Shown: positions 9,132-16,465 of the stretch, piece after piece
Position numbering within the stretch: the first letter of the stretch is position 1
Layout of the letters: every line of letters begins with the position of its first letter
Origin: Candidatus Nomurabacteria bacterium
GTDB taxonomy: Bacteria > Patescibacteriota > Minisyncoccia > Phycocordibacterales > UBA9973
Reading direction: 5' to 3'
Length of the DNA: 53,370 nucleotides
Assembly: GCA_943359475.1 (NCBI GenBank)
Contig: CALRHK010000001.1
Span: 1 to 53,370, forward strand
Translations under genes and position numbers: made by a program
The notes under the pieces: model-generated
The model's database searches: none
Told to the model about the DNA's origin: nothing
What the model saw: the letters and a program-made list of their open reading frames with translations, nothing else

Positions 9132-9413
9132 ATGAAAATAGTATTATTTTTCCTCGCAATTTTTGTCGGGGGAAATAATGCTCCCCCGATACTTTCTACG
9201 CCGTGCTGTTACTACACTACACACTGTAGTAGGGTTTCAAATCCCGAAACTCTTTTCACTGCACCCCAATTGCAAAGTATTCAGTTTATGAGCCCAAGAG
9301 AGGGGCCATTCCTCTTTTGGCCATCACGCGAGGTGATTTACCACGCGCCAACCCTGGAGAAAAAAACTCCACCACCGAAAATAAAGCCGCCCCCCTATAG
9401 GCGGCTTTTTTAG
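9132..9413 (+). CDS. hypothetical small secreted Pro-rich protein
   Basis: The ORF was trimmed to MKIVLFFLAIFVGG (signal-like). The terminator hairpin overlaps its end. Support is weak. Confidence 0.3.
   Translation: MKIVLFFLAIFVGGNNAPPILSTPCCYYTTHCSRVSNPETLFTAPQLQSIQFMSPREGPFLFWPSREVIYHAPTLEKKTPPPKIKPPPYRRLF
9384..9412. terminator. bidirectional hairpin terminator
   Basis: agccgcc / ggcggct stem followed by tttttt, between convergent ORFs. Confidence 0.65.
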
Positions 9414-9422
9414 TTCATGATT

Positions 9423-10913
9423 TTAGAGCCCGTGTTTTTTTCGTATTTGAGTTAGTGCTTCACCCTCTCTTTCTTCTTTTCGTTCCTTACCCTTTTCACC
9501 AAGTGATTTTAGCGAAGTATCATCAAGCTTCGAAAGAGTAAGTGCCCTTTCCTTTAAGTATTCCAAATTGTTTTTTGTATCGTCAACCAGGCATTCTTCA
9601 AGGAGAGCGTGGAGGATCCACCCCATTCTCTTGCCTGGAGGCATACCCATTTCGTGTATCAAGTAATCACCGTTTATCTTAAGCATCGCCACAGAAGTTG
9701 GCGCACGAAGGGCTTCTTCAATCATTGCGTGGTATTTACGAAGTCGATAGGGTGCTTCTTTCTTTTTCATTCCTACCCTATCGCACTCACGTACTTTCAT
9801 AAGATCCCACACGTTTTCCCTGCCTACATTTACGATAGTACGACGTACTGCCGAAAGAGTGATTGTCTCAGTGTCTGAAAAAAACATATGGTAGCGAACG
9901 AGGGAAACTACTTTCTCTGTGGTCACTCTCGGGAATTTAAGCCGTTCCAGTATTTTTTTGGTCATTTGAGCCCCAATTACCTCGTGGCCGTAAAAGGTAT
10001 ACTTCCCTTTACCGCCTGCTTTTGTTCCATCCCATCTACGTGTGCGAGGTTTTCCAATATCATGAAAGAGTGCGGCAAGGCGTATTTCTAGGTCCCACCC
10101 CTTTTCCGCAGCATGGCCAAGTGCGTGAAGAATATGTTCAAAAACATCATAGATATGTTCGCCTTTTTGCTCACAACCCACACCTTCCAAGAGTTCTGGG
10201 GCAACATAATCAAGCAACTTTAGCCGTAAGAGAAGTCCAATACCCAACATTGGGTCCTTTGAGTTTATGATCTTAATAAATTCGTCTCGAATACGTTCTG
10301 CAGCAATTTTCTCAATGAGGGCACTTCCTTCTGCTATCGCCGAGAGTGTTTCTCCAGCTATAGCGAAACCTAAGGCTGTGGAAAACCGAACTGCACGTAG
10401 CATACGAAGCGCATCCTCGTTAAACCTGTCCTTTGGATTACCAACAGCACGTATAACCTTGTCCTTTAAGTCAGTCTGACCATCAAAGACATCAACAATA
10501 ATGTCCTTAATTGGGTCATACGCTATAGCGTTCACAGTAAAATCACGTCTTTTAAGGTCATCTTCTATTTTTTTACTAAAAGTAACACTATTTGGGTGGC
10601 GAAAATCACCATATTCAGAGTCTATTCGATATGTCGTAACCTCTACGAGCCTGACGGTTTCATGGGAAACACCGCCTTCAGCAACAACAGCTACTGTGCC
10701 AAAACTATTTTCATAAATCGTTTTTGGGAATAGCTCGATGATTTTTTCAGGTAGTGCGTCAGTAGTAATATCCCAGTCCTTTGGAGTTATGTCCATCAAA
10801 AGATCTCTTACACAACCACCAACGAGATAGGCTTCAAATCCTGCATTGTTGAGAGTTTCAGTTACACGTGTAACTTCATTTGGGATTGCTCCCCTCTTAA
10901 TTTTTGTTGCCAT
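9423..10913 (-). CDS. cca: CCA-adding tRNA nucleotidyltransferase with HD domain
   Basis: It shows GGCVRDLL and RRDFTVNA polymerase-beta motifs and an HD region (LFHDIGKP). The start was trimmed to MATKIKRG at 10913 because the longer track ORF runs into a tRNA gene. Confidence 0.88.
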   Translation of the reverse strand: MATKIKRGAIPNEVTRVTETLNNAGFEAYLVGGCVRDLLMDITPKDWDITTDALPEKIIELFPKTIYENSFGTVAVVAEGGVSHETVRLVEVTTYRIDSEYGDFRHPNSVTFSKKIEDDLKRRDFTVNAIAYDPIKDIIVDVFDGQTDLKDKVIRAVGNPKDRFNEDALRMLRAVRFSTALGFAIAGETLSAIAEGSALIEKIAAERIRDEFIKIINSKDPMLGIGLLLRLKLLDYVAPELLEGVGCEQKGEHIYDVFEHILHALGHAAEKGWDLEIRLAALFHDIGKPRTRRWDGTKAGGKGKYTFYGHEVIGAQMTKKILERLKFPRVTTEKVVSLVRYHMFFSDTETITLSAVRRTIVNVGRENVWDLMKVRECDRVGMKKKEAPYRLRKYHAMIEEALRAPTSVAMLKINGDYLIHEMGMPPGKRMGWILHALLEECLVDDTKNNLEYLKERALTLSKLDDTSLKSLGEKGKERKEEREGEALTQIRKKHGL

Positions 10914-10922
10914 AGTATAGTG

Positions 10923-10994
10923 TGCACCCGGAGGGATTCGAACCCCCAATAACGGTTCCGAAGACCGTCGTGATATCCATTTCACCACGGGTGC
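10923..10994 (-). tRNA. tRNA-Arg (anticodon TCG)
   Basis: Manual fold: acceptor GCACCCG/CGGGTGC, anticodon stem ACGGT/ACCGT, loop CTTCGGA, T-loop TTCGAAT. It is 72 nt with no encoded CCA. Confidence 0.85.
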
Positions 10995-11072
10995 GTGATA
11001 AATGCTAATAGATAAAATCTAACATTTATAAGGGATTTGTGCAAACGAACCATCGTGATATACTTATACAAT

Positions 11073-11726
11073 ATGAATTGGGACAAAGACCAAATATTCC
11101 AATTACGACAAGAAGGAAAATCGTTTCGTGAGATCCAAAAGCTTACGGGAGTATCACGTAGTACCCTGTCAAAATTGTTTAAAGATGTGGCGTGGTCTCG
11201 GCATATTTCTGTAGAAAAAAATCGCACACGTGTAGCTCAAAGTCGCGAAAAAATGCTAAAGCTAAATATGGTCCGGAAAATCAAATTAGACTACTTGTAC
11301 GCCAAGGCAGAAGATGATGCAAAAAGAGAATTTGAAATAAACAAGAAAAATCCAAACTTCGTTTTGGGCACCGCCCTCTATTTGTCGCATGGTGACAAGA
11401 AAAATACCCACGAAATACGTTTTAGTAGTACTGATTTACATTTACACAAAATATTTCACCAATTTCTTAAAAAATACCTTATAAAACAAGGGGAAATTGT
11501 TAAAATGCAGTTTGTAACAACAAATTTTGAGCAAAAATCCCCCATTACGCAATGGAGCAAGTATTTAGGTCTTCCAGCCAGTCAATTTTATGTATATTCA
11601 ACAAAAAGTCCTCTAATTAAGGCTAAAAGATTGCAAAAAGAAGTCGGAATTAGTATACTTTCAAGTACATTATTAAAGAAAAAGCTTATGAAATGGCTTT
11701 TTCTATTAGTAAATGAAAAGTTATAG
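11073..11726 (+). CDS. HTH-domain protein, possibly a degenerate homing-endonuclease-like protein
   Basis: The N-terminal resolvase-type HTH reads GKSFREIQKLTGVSRSTLSKL. The middle segment FVLGTALYLSHGDKKNTHEIRFSSTD loosely resembles a LAGLIDADG-type block. tRNA genes flank it. Confidence 0.6.
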   Translation: MNWDKDQIFQLRQEGKSFREIQKLTGVSRSTLSKLFKDVAWSRHISVEKNRTRVAQSREKMLKLNMVRKIKLDYLYAKAEDDAKREFEINKKNPNFVLGTALYLSHGDKKNTHEIRFSSTDLHLHKIFHQFLKKYLIKQGEIVKMQFVTTNFEQKSPITQWSKYLGLPASQFYVYSTKSPLIKAKRLQKEVGISILSSTLLKKKLMKWLFLLVNEKL

Positions 11727-11729
11727 ATT

Positions 11730-11800
11730 GCGGGTATGGTTTAGTGGTAGAACACGTCCTTGCCAAGGATGAGACGGGAGTTCGATTCTCCCTACCCGCA
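11730..11800 (+). tRNA. tRNA-Gly (anticodon GCC)
   Basis: Manual fold: acceptor GCGGGTA/TACCCGC, anticodon loop TTGCCAA, T-arm GGGAG-TTCGATT-CTCCC. It is 71 nt with no encoded CCA. Confidence 0.88.
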
Positions 11801-11946
11801 CAAAATAATACACAGTAACTGTGGATAACTCAGGGGATATGTGTATAAAGGACGTCTTTTTAACTGAATAAATGTCCAATAAAAAGTCTTTTAAATTAGA
11901 AATGTATTGTAAAATAAGGACACTTTCGAAATATTAAATAAATAAC

Positions 11947-11974
11947 GTTTCACGTGAAACCATTTCACATGAAA
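11947..11974 (+). promoter_or_regulatory. tandem palindromic operator-like sites
   Basis: GTTTCACGTGAAAC (11947-11960, a perfect 14-bp palindrome) is followed after 1 nt by ATTTCACATGAAAC (11962-11975), whose palindromic core TTTCACATGAAA lies at 11963-11974. The second site ends 5 nt before the yraN ATG. Confidence 0.5.
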
Positions 11975-11979
11975 CTACC

Positions 11980-12375
11980 ATGCCTAGAGTATTCACATCA
12001 AAAACTCAACAGAAAGGCAGTTTAGGGGAGTCGATTGCTTGTAAGTATTTAATCAGTAAAGGCTATAAGATTATAGAAAGGAATTTTACTGCTTACTGTG
12101 GCGAAATCGATATTATTGCTCAATTTGACGGAGTAGTTCACTTTATTGAAGTAAAATCTGTTACACGTGAAAAGGAAAGATTCAATCGACGAAGTGAAAA
12201 TGACTACAACCCCGCAGAAAATATGAGCAAAAATAAGCTCGAGAAGGTATATAGGACAATAGGTATATATATAGAATCTTGCAATGTCCGTGACCTTTGG
12301 CAGGTTGACCTATTGTGTGTGTATATAGATCACGACTCTAAAAAAGCGAAAGTTGAGTTATTTGAGTCTGTATAG
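11980..12375 (+). CDS. yraN: YraN-family (UPF0102) endonuclease-fold protein
   Basis: GSLGESIACKYLISKGYKIIERNF...GEIDIIA...FIEVKS is the typical YraN pattern. Confidence 0.82.
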   Translation: MPRVFTSKTQQKGSLGESIACKYLISKGYKIIERNFTAYCGEIDIIAQFDGVVHFIEVKSVTREKERFNRRSENDYNPAENMSKNKLEKVYRTIGIYIESCNVRDLWQVDLLCVYIDHDSKKAKVELFESV

Positions 12376-12376
12376 G

Positions 12377-12405
12377 TTGACAAAGAGACAAAATATTGTT
12401 ATTTG
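12377..12405 (+). promoter_or_regulatory. promoter candidate (TTGACA-N17-TATTTG)
   Basis: A perfect -35 at 12377-12382 and a weak -10 at 12400-12405 preceded by TG. Confidence 0.4.
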
Positions 12406-12425
12406 TTAATAAACAGTAACTCACA

Positions 12426-13094
12426 ATGAAAAATGACACTAGTAAGTTGTATGTCAGGGTAGTTGACCTGACAAACTCGAATTTAGTTGGAAGCGATGGT
12501 GTAGTACGCATTGATGCTGCAATTCAAATTGCAAAGCAGATCGATATATACAATAAGCTTGAACTTGATGGTGAAAAGGCTCTCTTGTTTGGAATTCATT
12601 GTAAAGACATAGACCCAGAGGCTTTGTTTATTATCGAAGAGGCACTCGGTGCCGTGAAAGGGAAAATCCCTGTCTATGTGTTTGTATGGAAAATGAGTGG
12701 TTTAATGTGGTATTTGGTAAATCTCTGTGACCATCGCTTTGCAATGGTTAATGCAAAGATTAGTTTCGGTGCCCCGTTGCTCGAAGTTAATTTTCAGACA
12801 CAACTCAATGTGTGGGGAGGTCATTTCCACGAACATAAGAATAGTATAATGGTAGAACTCAGCCGGAAATATCACTCACGTTTTCAGAGGATTTATGATG
12901 TAATGCTGGATAAAATTGCCAAAAATAAGGACCAGCAAAGGGTCCTCGAATACATTTTAAACTATTTGAAGAATGGCGAGGAGATAGCGGCAGAAACCGC
13001 AATGGATGCAGGATTGTTCGATGGAGTATGTAGCGATCCGTGGTCCATGCTCGCTTTGCAGAATGAAAAAGAAATAATTGCAATTGCTTTATAA
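12426..13094 (+). CDS. hypothetical protein, faint ClpP/crotonase-fold-like resemblance
   Basis: 222-aa ORF with a terminator downstream. Its layout loosely parallels ClpP (compare the clpP in this window), but the catalytic His context is absent. Confidence 0.6.
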   Translation: MKNDTSKLYVRVVDLTNSNLVGSDGVVRIDAAIQIAKQIDIYNKLELDGEKALLFGIHCKDIDPEALFIIEEALGAVKGKIPVYVFVWKMSGLMWYLVNLCDHRFAMVNAKISFGAPLLEVNFQTQLNVWGGHFHEHKNSIMVELSRKYHSRFQRIYDVMLDKIAKNKDQQRVLEYILNYLKNGEEIAAETAMDAGLFDGVCSDPWSMLALQNEKEIIAIAL

Positions 13095-13099
13095 AAGTA

Positions 13100-13126
13100 A
13101 AAAACGCGCCACAAGCGCGTTTTTAT
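13100..13126 (+). terminator. rho-independent terminator
   Basis: aaaacgcgc-cacaa-gcgcgttttt. Confidence 0.75.
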
Positions 13127-13197
13127 TGTATTTATGTGTGTATATGGTACTATGCAATTCGTTAGCAAGTGGATATTTGGTAAGTTGTTCTTCCTGT

Positions 13198-13268
13198 CGG
13201 GGCGTAGTATATCGGTAGTATACATGTTTTGGGAACATGAGGGCCGAGTTCGATTCTCGGCGCCCCGA
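13198..13268 (+). tRNA. tRNA-Pro (anticodon TGG)
   Basis: Manual fold: acceptor CGGGGCG/CGCCCCG, anticodon stem CATGT/ACATG, loop TTTGGGA, T-arm CCGAG-TTCGATT-CTCGG. No encoded CCA. Confidence 0.85.
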
Positions 13269-13348
13269 CAGGGAGAATAGAATTACTCAAAAAGTGTAAG
13301 CAAGAGAGCAGGGCGGTGTCCCTATATAAAACTTCGAATATGTTTTTG

Positions 13349-13419
13349 CGGGGTATAATATAGTGGCAGTATACATCCATGGGGTGGATGCGGCTCCGGT
13401 TCGATTCCGGGTACCCCGA
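13349..13419 (+). tRNA. tRNA-Pro (anticodon GGG)
   Basis: Manual fold: acceptor CGGGGTA/TACCCCG, anticodon stem CATCC/GGATG, loop ATGGGGT, T-loop TTCGATT. No encoded CCA. Confidence 0.8.
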
Positions 13420-13442
13420 CTAATTTAAACTATTTACATACC

Positions 13443-14384
13443 ATGAAAGAAAATTTTCCACAGACAGAAAATAATCAAAAGAGTATTTTGGAGAATCTTG
13501 AAGATCAAATCAAGTTAGCAAAGATACTTGAATCTGTTTATGACCAACGACCAAAACTAGAAGATTTTGAAGGAATAATGGCGGGTACAAAATTTGAAAA
13601 AGAGTACTCACCAAGTGCTATTGTTGCCGATAACGCGTATGTAGAAAAAAGGAGAAAAGATATTGATGAGGTAAATAGTTCAATGGGAAGAGAAAATCTG
13701 GACCATAAAGAAATTGGTTTTCAGCTTTCAGAAATAATGCAGGCAATGATTGTTGATAGAATGAATAAACACTGGTTTAAGGATTGTAGGGCGATAATGA
13801 CTTCAGACTACGATGATTTAAAAGTAGGAATTGATGCAGTATTGAAACATGAGAAAGGTGGATACCTTGGTGCAGCATTTGATTTTACCGTGACTAATCA
13901 AGATAAAAAGATTTACGAAAAATTAGCTCGCGAGTGGGAATATAATATTAAAGAGGGGAGAGTTCCTACCGTGAAATACTTTGAGGATCCAGACACTAAA
14001 GAAAAATCAAAATTACTTGTCCCGAAATTTATTATTGGGGCATCAAAAAAAGATGTTGAAGACCTCGCACGCGCTTATTTGACTGGTAACGAAGAAGTGC
14101 TCGAAAATCATCCACTCAAGTATGTCTTACTCCTTCAAATTGAAGAGCAGTTGCAAACGATACTTGACTACTATGAGACAAACGACAGAGAAGAATTTAG
14201 TTTTGCAAAAAAACAATATGAAAAAATCCAAACACTGCTTCGAGGCATGAAGCGAGATATCCATGCAGATGAAAATATGGATGTTGATTTGTATGAATAT
14301 TCGAAAAATAATGTTGCGCTAGATATGATGCGCCGTTTTAGAATTATGAGAGAAAGAGGTGGTCTTCCGATAGAGGAAAAGTAA
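13443..14384 (+). CDS. hypothetical protein (313 aa, acidic, cytoplasmic-looking)
   Basis: A long clean ORF that starts 24 nt after tRNA-Pro(GGG). I recognise no family. Confidence 0.65.
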   Translation: MKENFPQTENNQKSILENLEDQIKLAKILESVYDQRPKLEDFEGIMAGTKFEKEYSPSAIVADNAYVEKRRKDIDEVNSSMGRENLDHKEIGFQLSEIMQAMIVDRMNKHWFKDCRAIMTSDYDDLKVGIDAVLKHEKGGYLGAAFDFTVTNQDKKIYEKLAREWEYNIKEGRVPTVKYFEDPDTKEKSKLLVPKFIIGASKKDVEDLARAYLTGNEEVLENHPLKYVLLLQIEEQLQTILDYYETNDREEFSFAKKQYEKIQTLLRGMKRDIHADENMDVDLYEYSKNNVALDMMRRFRIMRERGGLPIEEK

Positions 14385-14430
14385 TAGTTTGTAGTTTGTA
14401 TTTAGTTTGCTACAATTTTTTACTACGTTT

Positions 14431-14501
14431 GCGGGATTAGTTTAATGGTAAAACATCAGTTTTCCAAACTGAGGTTGGGAGTTCGATTCTCCCATCCCGC
14501 A
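14431..14501 (+). tRNA. tRNA-Gly (anticodon TCC)
   Basis: Manual fold: acceptor GCGGGAT/ATCCCGC, anticodon stem TCAGT/ACTGA, loop TTTCCAA, T-arm GGGAG-TTCGATT-CTCCC. No encoded CCA. Confidence 0.88.
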
Positions 14502-14627
14502 CAAAATAAGGGATAGCAAGCAACCTGCGTTGCTTGCGTGTGAGAATTGAAAGACTTTTCCATACGAGCGCAGCGAGGCGGAAAAGTACCTGGCTATGCA
14601 GTAGCCGATTCTCCCATCCCGCACAAA
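14484..14627 (+). repeat. 22-bp direct repeat duplicating the tRNA-Gly(TCC) 3' end (att-like)
   Basis: cgattctcccatcccgcacaaa occurs at 14484-14505 (T-loop to 3' end of the tRNA plus 4 nt) and again at 14606-14627. The 100-bp spacer carries two hairpins: gcaagcaac/gttgcttgc and cttttcc/ggaaaag. Confidence 0.85.
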
Positions 14628-14642
14628 GAGAAAGACGTTTAA

Positions 14643-14691
14643 ATAAAAAAAATACCCCGCCGTAGTAACTACGGACAGGGTACAAGCGGGG
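14643..14691 (-). terminator. rho-independent terminator (nested hairpin)
   Basis: ccgtag-taa-ctacgg lies inside ccccgc/gcgggg, followed on the minus strand by an 8+ T-run, downstream of the 14694-15245 gene. Confidence 0.6.
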
Positions 14692-14693
14692 AA

Positions 14694-15245
14694 CTATTCT
14701 TTAAGCCAAATTATTTTTGATTTTGGCGGTTGTCTTTTCAGATAAGTAGCCGCACAGTACTGTCGGTAATATTCTTGTGCAGTTAGACTGAGCTGACTAT
14801 CATCGACATATACTTTCGGTATTACTCCGCTTTTATTGGTCGCATAACCAATACGCGCAATGAGATCAATGTGCCCGTGTATCTTTTTAAAAGACGACGC
14901 ACTAATGACAATAATTTTAGGTTTGAGAAGTTCAATTTTTTTCTCAAATAAAATAGGGTCATCAACGATCGCACCTTTTACAATTGCACGGTCAGTATTA
15001 AACTCAACAAAAAAGAAATGGTGGGGAGCGTCTTCTTGTCGTTGAAAATTGCGAGGGAGATGTGCGTTTTCGGAAATTGTTGCGCGAGCCCAAGTAAGAT
15101 CTTTCTCGGTGTGCGCGAATCCCACAACAGAAATTCGTTGTACTGTTTCTGGGTTCGATACATGGAACAAATGTTGCCGTTCAATTTTATCGAGCCATTC
15201 AAGGTTTGTACGGAGGGTACTTTCTGAGACGAGTGTTTTTACCAT
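14694..15245 (-). CDS. hypothetical protein (183 aa)
   Basis: A clean ORF with a terminator. No recognisable motif. Confidence 0.6.
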   Translation of the reverse strand: MVKTLVSESTLRTNLEWLDKIERQHLFHVSNPETVQRISVVGFAHTEKDLTWARATISENAHLPRNFQRQEDAPHHFFFVEFNTDRAIVKGAIVDDPILFEKKIELLKPKIIVISASSFKKIHGHIDLIARIGYATNKSGVIPKVYVDDSQLSLTAQEYYRQYCAATYLKRQPPKSKIIWLKE

Positions 15246-15305
15246 AGATATTTTTTTATGAAGATCAGGAGGTTAAAAGTAACATATAGTAACTAGAATG
15301 TAAAG

Positions 15306-15334
15306 AAAGGGGTCACTTTAAAAGTGACCCCTTT
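15306..15334. terminator. hairpin terminator
   Basis: aaaggggtcac-tttaaaa-gtgaccccttt, a perfect 11-bp stem. Confidence 0.75.
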
Positions 15335-15341
15335 AAATTAA

Positions 15342-15797
15342 CTAAGCAATTGCAGCAATCGGGAGGCGCCCTCTTTTTGTTGGTTTTTTGAGTAAATGCT
15401 CAAAAGGTGAAAGTACAAATGCTGCGTGTACAATTTTTATTTCAGGAAGATGCGGATGTATTGATCTCGCATCGAGTTTAAAATGCTTTACCCTTTCTTC
15501 TTCAAACGAATTGCCACTTAAAGTATAAAAGGGAATAAAAATCTCCTTTCTGCCTATTAGCGCATTTCTGAGGAAGTCAATTTTTTGACTCCCAGAGTAT
15601 TCAAGAATAGTCTCATGAGATACAAAAAGTGGAATAGTTGATCCACGGATACAAAGCAGGTCTTGCTCAGAGCTGATAGTCCTTACATGATCAAGGTGCT
15701 CTTTGTCGACAAGACGACTCTTTTCTAAATGTTTTAAAAACTGAAATTGGGCAAGCGTGCCACCATAGAAGGCAACAATGTACTCTTGTTTCTGCAT
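15342..15797 (-). CDS. hypothetical protein (151 aa)
   Basis: The ORF was trimmed to MQKQEYIVAFYGG. No recognisable motif. Confidence 0.55.
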   Translation of the reverse strand: MQKQEYIVAFYGGTLAQFQFLKHLEKSRLVDKEHLDHVRTISSEQDLLCIRGSTIPLFVSHETILEYSGSQKIDFLRNALIGRKEIFIPFYTLSGNSFEEERVKHFKLDARSIHPHLPEIKIVHAAFVLSPFEHLLKKPTKRGRLPIAAIA

Positions 15798-15880
15798 AGC
15801 GTTAGTTTTATTAGTTTGTGAAATGAACAATTTATGTCGGGTTATAAGTATACCTAAAAATGTATTTTTGTAAATACCAT

Positions 15881-15914
15881 ACATAAAACCGCCAAACAAT
15901 TGGCGGTTTTATGT
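15881..15914. terminator. hairpin terminator downstream of hup
   Basis: acataaaaccgccaa-acaa-ttggcggttttatgt, a 15-bp stem. Confidence 0.75.
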
Positions 15915-15968
15915 ATAGAGGATGCCTTAGATAGGGAAGACATGTCTACACGGCGAGACGAAGGAGAT

Positions 15969-16241
15969 TTACTTCACTGCGTCTTTGAGCGCTTTTGCGG
16001 CGCGAAACTTTGGAACTGTTGTCGCTGGTACCTTGACTTGTTCACCAGTCTTCGGGTTGCGTGCCATACGAGCAGCGCGTGCCTTAACTGAGAAAATACC
16101 AAGACCTGCGATTGAAACTTCGCCACCCTTCTTCAAGGTGCTGACAATTGCTTCAATTAAACCGTCAACAATTTCTTCGGCTTGCACCTTGGTGCCACCC
16201 AATTTGCCGTGAACCCACTCTACGAGTGCCTGTTTGTTCAT
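15969..16241 (-). CDS. hup: HU-family DNA-binding protein
   Basis: MNKQALVEWV...GLGIFSVKARAARMARNPKTGEQVKVPATTVPKFRAAKALKDAV has the canonical HU arm. The start was trimmed to 16241. Confidence 0.92.
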   Translation of the reverse strand: MNKQALVEWVHGKLGGTKVQAEEIVDGLIEAIVSTLKKGGEVSIAGLGIFSVKARAARMARNPKTGEQVKVPATTVPKFRAAKALKDAVK

Positions 16242-16417
16242 AATCGAATTGTTATTGGCCAATAAAACCTGCATTCGACCAGGAGGCTTTTTTAGTCGAA
16301 AAAGCCTTAAAAAACCTATATGTATTATACCGCCCTCCGAAAAGGGCGCAATAGGTTAAATAAAAACGGGTAAAATTGACAAATTTAAATATGATTGCAA
16401 AGTATAAGATACAAAAC

Positions 16418-16446
16418 AAAAAAACTCCGTAGATGGAGCTTTTTTG
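16418..16446 (-). terminator. weak rho-independent terminator downstream of rny
   Basis: A short ctcc/ggag stem with A-T extension, followed by a T-run on the minus strand. Confidence 0.45.
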
Positions 16447-16465
16447 TTTCAAGGTGGTTTACGTT

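Noticed and set aside
10914-10988. N-terminal extension of the cca ORF (MVKWISRRSSEPLLGVRIPPGAHYT)
   Set aside because: The extension is simply a read-through of the tRNA-Arg gene on the same strand. The peptide GVRIPPGA is the T-arm sequence translated. The start was moved to 10913.
13162-13380. Minus-strand ORFs across 12962-13380 and 14437-14685
   Set aside because: They are reverse-complement readings of the tRNA-Pro and tRNA-Gly genes. The recurring peptides RIELGP and RDGRIE are typical tRNA artefacts.
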